The notes under the pieces were generated by a model, which was not told the DNA's origin, ran no database searches, and worked only from the letters and a program-made list of their open reading frames with translations. The position numbers and the translations under genes were made by a program. Below, one piece after another: positions 1-7,674 of a stretch of 14,278 bases of DNA (positions are counted from its first letter, which is position 1; the number at the start of each line of letters is the position of its first letter). Origin of the DNA: Mnemiopsis leidyi (Eukaryota); NCBI GenBank assembly GCA_048537945.1, contig CM108483.1:9978715-9992992 (forward strand). Reading direction: 5' to 3'.

Positions 1-1594
1 GGAAATCAAAGGCTGACAGGTGCGGGGCTGCAACTTTATAGGATCACGTTGTGTCAGTACGGATAATTTAGCCCAATCTTTCTGCAGGTCGGGCCGGTAG
101 TGACAACCCTTACTTGGTAAGCCCTACAGTTTCTCTCCTGAACAGGTGGCAGTTTACCAACACCGCCACAGTTGAAAACCTCCTCAAGTCCCTTTACTCG
201 ATAGAACGGAGTGACTGCGCCTGTCTCCTAGAGGCTAAATACAATGTTATACTTATTGAATGTCTAACCACTGTGTGATAACCACTACGAGTGACGAGCG
301 TGATGGGAAAATTTGTGTCAAAATTTAATGTATCAATGTTATGTGTACTGGGCTCTGTTAAAGTAAGGACTGTTGTACATGTTTCTGCGGAGGGTGAAAT
401 GACTTTATCTTCTTAACTAAGTGTCGAACCGAAGCCGCGAGATGCTCTCCTTCAGCGCTAATTTGTAAATTTGAGTCATCAGGAAACTGGCCAATCGCTC
501 AAGACTCAGCAGTTCTTCCATACAAGTAATAAGATTTGTCAAAGGTTCGCAAATTGGCCGGTAAATTGCAACGCAATCGACAATCTAAACCGGGAATAGC
601 AGCTTTTAGTTTTACTGATTTAGATCACTTAACTAATGTGAAAGGATGAGCTTAGAGTAAGAATTATCTTATTTTATCTTTTAACTAGAGTAAAATGGAT
701 TAAATGAGAATTTGTCTCTTTTAATTCTATTTTTAGCGAATATTTCTCTGGAAACTTGTTTTGGAAACTGTATTAGTATTCAATTTATAACGATGAAACG
801 TAGAATTAATTTATTGTAATTAGTGCAAATACATCTTATTGCTTATGTAGATACTAAAAATTGAGTTAATCCCTACTTCTCTTAGTTAAAATCATGGCCG
901 AGAACTTGTCTGTTATTTATCGTGTAGCGGAGGCAGGAGGTGCGGTGGAAGGTTTCCAAAATGGGCCATGGTTCAATTTTTTGGATAATGTCTATTTTAG
1001 GAGAATAATATCTAATTGCTAATAGCTGAAAATTCCTATCACGTTTGGCCTCACAAAAATTCCGAGAACTGTGCAGTGTATGGGTTCCAATTGGCCTATT
1101 GAAAGTTCCGGAGGTTTTGCTGGGATGGTATTTTGACTGACTTCCAGACTTAAAGATCGGTAAGTCTGCATAATTGGGATTCAATTGGTCCATTTTGGGT
1201 TCCGGATATTTGGTGTGTCCAGTAATTTACTTTTACGATGTTTCTTTGCGACAACGCATAAAAAAGAATCGTTCAAAGAATGAAAAGTTTAAACTTTTGA
1301 TAACATTGTTAATAACATTAATACGGCAAATAATTCATTTTCCGGCTTGCTCGAGAGAACGAAATAGTTTGGCAAGATGTCAGTTATTTAACTTATCTTT
1401 GCACGAATAAGCAGGTCAAAGAATGTCAATAATTTATTGTGTCCATGGAATGTTCTGCAAGAAGTTTTATCATGTTCACGCAAAGTGCTGTTTAATCATT
1501 TGTCAATTAAAAGGGTAACACCCCTGTCATGAAACGCCTAAATATTTTCAAGATAAAATCAATACTGTGATCCTCCCGAGACCACTGCAAGAGT

Positions 1595-1981
1595 TTACAG
1601 TGCCTTAACTTTTTCCTCAATCTGATCAGAGTTCAACAAGATAACCCCGCTAATGATAAGACTAATTCCGACCCACCAAGACAGCGACAAAACTTCCCCA
1701 AACAGCACCTGCCCCGCCAGGCCGGACACAAGGAAATTAACGGTGGTGGTTGCGGATGTGGCAGTTACGGTTCGCATTCCTTGCATGGCTGTCGTGAAGT
1801 TTAACCACATGAGAACGTTGCATACTACGAGGGAGGTGACACAAAGACCAGTCCTGATGTGCGGTGCGAGAAGGGGTGTGGGAAGGGCGGGCGATGAGAT
1901 CAGCTTGGCGGAAATTCCAGCAGAGGAAGCGAGGCATCCGGCCAAGAAACAATGCATCAAGTATCTACCCCGACTTTCCAT
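1595..1981 (-). CDS. Small 4-TM membrane protein of the DMT/SMR superfamily (TMEM234/UPF0546-like), 128 aa, apparently single exon
   Basis: The uninterrupted ORF starts at an ATG in a good Kozak context (caaggATGG). It has four hydrophobic segments. The C-terminal half carries the DMT/SMR signature '...GQVLFGEVLSLSWWVGISLIISGVILLN' (compare EmrE/SugE 'LLGE...G..LI..GV' and TMEM234 'GKALGED...GMVLTVIGISL'). The N-terminal 'SSAGISAKLISS' resembles TMEM234 'WGGTQPLLKRAS'. The region is about 55-58% GC against an AT-rich background. The overlapping ORFs 1653..2003(+) and 1737..1952(-) are GC-driven artefacts. Confidence 0.5.
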   Translation of the reverse strand: MESRGRYLMHCFLAGCLASSAGISAKLISSPALPTPLLAPHIRTGLCVTSLVVCNVLMWLNFTTAMQGMRTVTATSATTTVNFLVSGLAGQVLFGEVLSLSWWVGISLIISGVILLNSDQIEEKVKAL

Positions 1982-3433
1982 CCTTGAAATAATCGTGTGT
2001 TAGGATTTTCTCATTAACATTTATTATCAGCCACAAATACATACTACATAGCTCAAGCATCAGTATTTGATCCTTAATCTTAACCCAACCCCTAAATCTC
2101 CATAATTAAAGTAATTAAATCTATTCAAGCCTATTTCGACACACCCTCAGTTTATATTCTTGACAGCCCATTAACACATGTAGGAGAAGTTGACGACGAC
2201 ATTAATGGATACAATCTGTCAATTTTGCACTAAGTTTACTGACGCCCACAGATTCCCTTGGCCAATTCTACATTTTTTCTGAAGCTATTGATGAAGAAAT
2301 ATCGTCTCTATGGACAGGCATATCTAAAATGTTCGAATTTATTGCCATGGTGAAAACAAGGCCTCAAGACACGCCACATTTGTCTTGGTGTAACACAGGG
2401 ATATATTATGCTTCTCCTTAAGTTACAAAAGGTCTAATTTCTTAGCCAGCAAAGGAATAAAATCGCAATCGGAAAGTAATCGGGCGATGGACATCACTTA
2501 TAATTTGAATCAGAGTTTTAATTGAATTCGAATTAAAAGACGCCGTGATATGAATTAAGCGGTCTGGTTTCTTACTATGTAATGCGTATGATTATCGCAA
2601 ATACTCCGCCAGTATTCGGAGTGACACTATTGAATAAATGCTCCTAAATCAACTGAAATTTAGAACGGAATGTCTGACATTGAATAAAGCTACAAGGTTG
2701 CAATTTTGCAAGTTGCTACTTAAACCACAATATCTTATATGAAGTTACATTTTAGCAACATGGTTGAACCATTTTGGTGGTCAAATCAGATAGTGATTAT
2801 CTTGAATCAGTTCAGAATGATGCTGGGGGATTTAAATGTTGAGATTTCTATGGACTACCAGTGAGTGCACGATCTAGGTGATCGACGGCGTATTAATCAA
2901 CGAATGCGCGGCTTCGTTTCCATAGAAAACTGATAAAAAGCACACTTCACGAATGCTGGGGAAAACAAATTATACCTAGCGCGCTACATAACACATCACT
3001 TCTACTAGGACCGGCACAATTAATTACTCACTTTATGAGACGTTCATAGTTATTGGTGTTGTGTGTAAGATGAAGTGTACTCTATATCGTGTTCAAAACT
3101 AATAATAACACACTTTATCTACCATTCTTTAGATAATAAGTTATTTAAGAATAAAACAGCGCATAAACTGAAATAAGATATGTTAACGAAACATAGAGCA
3201 TGCAACAATGATCAGCTATGGTATTTGTTATCATGAAAAAAAGTTAACTCAATAGAGCTATCTGTACACTTTTGTACAAAATAATTACAGAATATCACAC
3301 ACAATTGCTACGCCAAACCAGCTGGAAATATCTGAAAATGTCTGGTCAGTCTAAAGCTATAATCACGCCTGCGCTTAATAATCACGCTAGCTACAGCCGT
3401 CAAGCAAATCACGCCTCTAAAAACATCAACCTC

Positions 3434-4188
3434 CTAGACTACAATCATTGACTCGCTAGCTGGCATGTCAATAATAGCGGTCAGCACAGGAGAACATTTT
3501 CCTTTAATGTACACAAAAACATTGATAGAGTCAGTTATCCCTTGATCAGAAGTGCATCTGACCATCGTGTTGACCGTGTAAGTTAGAGACGGGACTAACA
3601 AAGGTAAACTTATGTAAGATTTCTCTAGGACGTATAAAGTGTCGTTTGTAACCAGCACGACGTAGGCTCCCATTATCGGGTGATTGGTTGAAGTGTTCAT
3701 TACTTCGATTGTCAGACGGAACATCGGGCCGATTCCTTGGACGTTGGCAGATAGCTTCAGGGGTGCAAAGTTGCTGTTGGAAATGGGCATCATCTTCTTT
3801 TGCAACGCCTCAGCAAAGTTGCGTGCGGTCGTCAGACGTAGTCGGTACAAGTCGTGTTGAAACTGTCGGTGCATGGCAACCCCGTGTTCCCGTTCTCGTA
3901 GAGTTTGGTCCACAAAAGTCTTGGTTTTCCGAGGTACGTTGAGCTTTTGAAACTGTTTAGGGGAGGGTCCTACACTTGCACTGGCTTGTCCAGCAGACAG
4001 ATCAACGTTCCTCTTTAAAATGAAGATGTAAAGACCGCCAGATTTGGTAATGACAATCAAGGTGGAATCTTCTCGGTCGTATTTGCCAAACTGCATCATG
4101 GCTGGCGTGTCAGTAACAGTCATGGTATCCACCAGGAACTTGTCTCGGTACAGCCGGATCTCGTTGTTGTCCATCCCTACCAGCACCC
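3434..4188 (-). CDS. BBS1: BBS1 last coding exon (exon 4 of 4 in this window; includes stop at 3434-3436)
   Basis: The translation '...NNEIRLYRDKFLVDTMTVTDTPAMMQFGKYDREDSTLIVITKSGGLYIFILKRN...[38 protein letters not shown]...PLKLSANVQGIGPMFRLT...MPASESMIVV*' aligns to the human BBS1 C-terminal region ('GEVRIYRDKALL...[38 protein letters not shown]...NMPGSEGLAAA'). The acceptor ttaattaacAG|GG lies at 4191-4189. It is in phase 1, completing the Gly codon begun by the last base of exon 3. Confidence 0.9.
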
Positions 4189-4374
4189 CTGTTAATTAAG
4201 TGTGTTGTTTTATCTATTCATTTACATATCATATTATTCAATATATTATATTCATTTACAAATTACATATCTATATTTCTTTTTAACCCTACTTAATTAT
4301 TTAGAAAGCAAAACTGTAGTAAGATTCTTAGTACAGAGTACTAAATGTCAAGTTAGTGTTAAGTCTATGAAGAT

Positions 4375-4554
4375 TGAACACCATAGAATACCACATTCTA
4401 ACCTTTGAAAGTTTTAGCTTTAAAGACCATGCTGGCTAAGCAAGTGATATTGCTTGGCATTGGAAGTTTAAACACCATAGAATACCACATTCTTACCTTT
4501 GAAAGTTTTTGCTTTAAAATCCATGCTGGCTAAGCAAGTGATATTGCTTGGCAT
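4375..4554. repeat. Tandem duplication (2 copies of a unit about 85 bp long, 94-bp period) covering the 3' end of BBS1 exon 3, its donor site and proximal intron 3
   Basis: Copy 2 (4469-4554) contains the true exon end and the donor (minus strand ...CAAAG|GTAAGA). Copy 1 (4375-4460) differs at about 3-4 positions in roughly 84 aligned bases. In copy 1 the donor is mutated to GTTAGA (plus strand 'attctaacc' versus 'attcttacc'). Confidence 0.85.
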
Positions 4555-5103
4555 AGGAATGCTCCAAAGATTCTTTATCTTGTTATTATAGCACAACAAG
4601 TTCTTGTCCATCGTTGCAATGACTATGTTCTTCCCAATCCTTTCAATACCAATAGGATGACTGTTCAGAGTTATGCAAAACTTGGGACTGTTTGCACCTT
4701 TCTTCATGACCAAAACGTTGCCATTTCTGCAAGCAACCAGAATCCTGTAGTCCACGTCGTACAGGCCAGTCGATCTCAGAAATACAGGTTGAGAGGGCAG
4801 AGACTGTTTCACCAGGACGGTAAAAGCTTCAGGATCCAGTATGTACATGTCCTTGTTTTCTGTTCCTATGATCAGGCAACTTATTGCATCGTCGTCTGGA
4901 TGTGACTTCTTTAACGTTTCCAGTGCAGTGATTACCGTTTGCCGCTTAAGAGGATTTTCCCGGTACACCGAGACAAAGTGACTGCGCTGGTGAGGGGCAG
5001 TCTGTAAAAACTTAGTAGAGAGGGGAGTCAGAGGAACTGCGTCTGAGTCGCTCCTTACACTTTCCAGCATGTCGTGTAACATTTGTACGTCTATCTTGTC
5101 AGC
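4497..5103 (-). CDS. BBS1: BBS1 coding exon 3
   Basis: The translation 'ADKIDVQMLHDMLESV...KRQTVITALETLKKSHPDDDAISCLIIGTENKDMYILDPEAFTVLVKQSLPSQPVFLRSTGLYDVDYRILVACRNGNVLVMKKGANSPKFCITL...' matches human BBS1 'EDRIDPLTLKEMLESI...[76 protein letters not shown]'. The acceptor is tcttcAG|GCT with AG at 5105-5104. The donor is AAAG|GTAAGA with GT at 4496-4495. The exon is 607 nt, phase 0 in and phase 1 out. Confidence 0.9.
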
Positions 5104-5273
5104 CTGAAGAGTTTATTCAGTCAATTTACTTTCTAAACATATTGCCATTAAAATTTTCAAAAGACTTAAGATGTTCAAAGGATTTAAATTCAAGACAAAT
5201 TAGGTTTTTCATTAATCAAATAAGGTGACATATTCGATTAAAAATTCGCTTTTTGCATGCATCAGATTTATAC

Positions 5274-5495
5274 CTTGGCCTGATTCCACAGATCCTGTTC
5301 AAGTTGGTTGATCTCCAGAGAGGGCACGGTAAACTTGAAGTACGGTCTGATATTCTTGTAAACGTATATGTACGGTCCAGCAGCTAGCGCAATCGCAGGG
5401 ATTCTAGGTTCTGTAGTGTCCACATGAAATGAAATAATTGCCGTTGGTGTTTCCACGATGTTTCCGTCATACGACAAGGATGTACCGTTGTATAC
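5274..5495 (-). CDS. BBS1: BBS1 coding exon 2
   Basis: The translation '[74 protein letters not shown]' matches human 'VLKGPLV...[43 protein letters not shown]'. The acceptor is ttttctatactacAG|GTATAC with AG at 5497-5496. The donor is AAG|GTATAA with GT at 5273-5272. The exon is 222 nt, phase 0 at both ends. Confidence 0.88.
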
Positions 5496-6338
5496 CTGTA
5501 GTATAGAAAATAAGGATATTTGAGAGAAGAACAGTTTGTTAAAAATTAAAGTAAATTCCGGGAAAATTATGATTTCTATTTCAGGCAATATATGATTGTC
5601 TTTCCCGCAGCTCTGAGTTAAACAGTTAGATACCTCAGGCATTCTAAAATGAAAATGAATAACTCATTGCACATTTTAATGGTAGGAAGAGGAAGGGGGA
5701 AAACCAATAATATATGGGCCCAGTGACAGAAAGTTGAGAATTTAGGAATGGCATTCCTAGTCAAAATTGAAGAACTTAAGCACTTTAAGTAAGTTCAAGT
5801 AGCCAGAGAAAGCCTAATTAGTCATCTCGATACAAGTCGTGTTAAATCTGTCTCGATTTACTCGTAGTCAATCTTGGCTACTTTTTCGCTCTAAGAATCG
5901 AGGGCTCACTTATATTCCTAGCCATTCCTAACACGCTTCCTAGCGCTTCCTGACGCGCGGCATATATTCCCAACTTGGCTACTCCAAGGAATGGGCTAGT
6001 CCAATGACTAGCCATAGTAGCGCGCATTCAAATAGATACCCATTCTTCCTACGTCATCGGCCCTGTGACGTAGGGGTAGCAAACTCAACCCTCGATCCAG
6101 AGGTTTCTGGTTCAAATCCCGCTGAGGATCGCATTTTAACGTTTTCATCTCAGATTATCATAGTTATGAACCTGCTCTTACTACATCTCAACACCTGCAC
6201 CCTGTACCTATCAATTATGCCTATCAATTAAATGTCCAAGCTATGCGAATACAAAGTAGCCATTTTGTCAAACTTTTTTAGATTCCTAGCCACTTCTCAA
6301 AATTCTGTCATATGGGAAAAGATAAATGGCATACAAGA

Positions 6339-6473
6339 CAAGGAGATGGAGGTGAAAAAGGTTTAGGATGAGAAGAAAAAGCTAAAGAAGAGGAGAACAT
6401 GGACTAAAGAGGAGAATGAAGGTTGAAGAGGGGAAGAAGGTGGAAGCCTGGAAGAAAAGGAGATGAGGAAGGT
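6339..6473. repeat. Polypurine (GA-rich) low-complexity tract of ~135 bp in BBS1 intron 1 (polypyrimidine on the gene's sense strand)
   Basis: The tract is almost exclusively A and G: 'aaggagatggaggtgaaaaaggtttaggatgagaagaaaaagctaaagaagaggagaac...gaagaaaaggagatgaggaagg'. Confidence 0.8.
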
Positions 6474-6503
6474 AATCGGACTGTTATTTAAAGAGAGCGT
6501 CAG

Positions 6504-6794
6504 CAGTGGCGTAACGTAGTAGGTCTAGCCAATATGGCGCCCCTCGGCGATGAAAATGCGCCCCTAATTGGCGCCCCTGGCGTAAGGGCTTACTTGAAGC
6601 AATTTGTGAAAAAATGGCCTAAAAATCTAAATAAATAGTGAAGTTATTAAACCAAACACGCGATTTTGCTAGTTGCGCAGTTAATCTTGCAAAATTGTCC
6701 CATATTTTTTATGACGATTTGGCGCCCCCTGATGACGGCGCCCCCCGGCGTGCCGGAGTGGCAGGGGCATCGTTACGCCACTGAGCGTCAGGGT
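6504..6794. mobile_element. hAT-superfamily MITE (non-autonomous, 291 bp) with 13-bp perfect TIRs and 8-bp TSD, inserted in BBS1 intron 1
   Basis: The left TIR CAGTGGCGTAACG (6504-6516) is the exact reverse complement of the right TIR CGTTACGCCACTG (6782-6794). It is flanked by the perfect 8-bp direct repeat AGCGTCAG at 6496-6503 and 6795-6802. An 8-bp TSD with a TIR beginning CAG is the hAT hallmark. Subterminal GGCGCCCC(T) repeats occur five times (6536-6575 and 6718-6752), and the core is AT-rich. There is no coding capacity, so ORF 6666..6905 is spurious. Confidence 0.78.
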
Positions 6795-6995
6795 CACATG
6801 GCCTTTGATAGCATCAAATTCTTATTCTTAACAAACACTCATGCACTATGTATTCGGACAAGAGTCTGCCAACCAGACTGTTGTTTGAAGCAAACTCTTA
6901 TCTGAAAACTAAATATTCGGTTTCGTACGATGAAAAAGAGGGAAGGATAAGAAGTGGTGGGAAAAGGAAAGGTGGTCAAATAGTAATAAACAAAC

Positions 6996-7148
6996 CTTTA
7001 ATTTAGGGGGCCAAGAAAGGTCTCCGTTATCTGCAATGACACACTGATGATTTGTCTGCCCATACACATTAGAAAGAGTCATACATGACTGAAAAGTATG
7101 GATGTTTGCCACAGGATCAGCATGAGCAGCAAGCCATATTTCGCTCAT
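6996..7148 (-). CDS. BBS1: BBS1 first coding exon (start codon uncertain: ATG at 7148 'MSEIW...' or upstream in-frame ATG at 7169 'MTTQISAMSEIW...')
   Basis: The translation '(MTTQISA)MSEIWLAAHADPVANIHTFQSCMTLSNVYGQTNHQCVIADNGDLSWPPKLK' matches the human BBS1 N-terminal region '[49 protein letters not shown]'. The donor is AAG|GTTTGT with GT at 6995-6994, in phase 0. A TATA-like 'TTTATAAT' lies on the minus strand about 20-30 bp upstream of the 7148 ATG. A possible acceptor 'aatttcAG|CTATGAGC' means a spliced 5'UTR cannot be excluded. Confidence 0.75.
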
Positions 7149-7571
7149 AGCTGAAATTTGTGTGGTCATTATAAAGAAATAATTCATACACAGCCTGGTA
7201 GTGAAAAATTGCAAATCTTTGTTTCTAAAAACACCCAATTACAATTCGTTTTTACTTTTCAAGTCAATAAAAGTAGATGGAAGTGCATTGAGGTGTCTTA
7301 TGTAACTTAAAATACAATTCAACAAGAATTTCAACTAGTAAGTGTGGTTTGTTTTTTCGAGATTTTATTGATCTTTGTGGAAATTGTGAAAAATTGATCT
7401 AGGAATTGAACAACCAGGATACACAAAAGTTAACTATCAGGAATCTAACGTGGTTATGATAGGAAAGAGAAAGATTAGAAAAAGACACAATTGCCATCTT
7501 TTCCCATATTTTTCAGTGAAACTTATAGTACATATAATTCTGAATCCTCAATAACAATATCTATTGGTAAT

Positions 7572-7674
7572 ACAGTAAAACCTCTATTTACCTTGGCTCT
7601 TTTTACTGTGTCTCTCGATTTACCAGGCCTTCTCCCTTCCCCCCAGAGGCCCGGCAAATAGAGTTTTTACTGTA
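7572..7674. repeat. Short foldback / inverted-repeat structure (21-bp arms, 19/21 match, ~60-bp spacer) ~430-520 bp upstream of the BBS1 start codon
   Basis: The left arm 'acagtaaaacctctatttacc' (7572-7592) matches the reverse complement of the right arm 'ggcaaatagagtttttactgt' (7653-7673) at 19 of 21 positions. A third copy of 'tttttactgtg' lies in the spacer (7601-7611), and 'atttacc' occurs twice. Confidence 0.6.

Noticed and set aside
1653-2003. Plus-strand ORF (116 aa) and minus ORF 1737..1952 overlapping the SMR-like gene
   Set aside because: These are GC-rich antisense and alternate-frame artefacts. They have no recognisable domains, and the membrane-protein frame is the coherent one.
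4202-4408. ORF of 68 aa in BBS1 intron 3
   Set aside because: It is extremely AT-rich low-complexity sequence ('YLFIYISYYSIYYIHLQITYLYFF') that runs into the duplicated exon-junction copy. It is not coding.
5268-5642. Upstream part of the minus ORF (MPEVSNCLTQSCGKDNHILPEIEIIIFPEF...) as BBS1 coding sequence
   Set aside because: Homology to BBS1 begins only at 'VYNG', directly after a good acceptor (ctatactacAG). The upstream portion is intronic read-through.
6042-6133. Intact tRNA gene
   Set aside because: The B-box consensus is present, but I could not build an acceptor stem, D-arm or anticodon arm. The putative T-stem pairs at only 3 of 5 positions. I report it as a tRNA-derived remnant at most.
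6666-6905. ORF of 79 aa
   Set aside because: It lies across the hAT MITE and its TIR/TSD. The sequence is low-complexity Gly/Pro-rich, reflecting the GGCGCCCC repeats.
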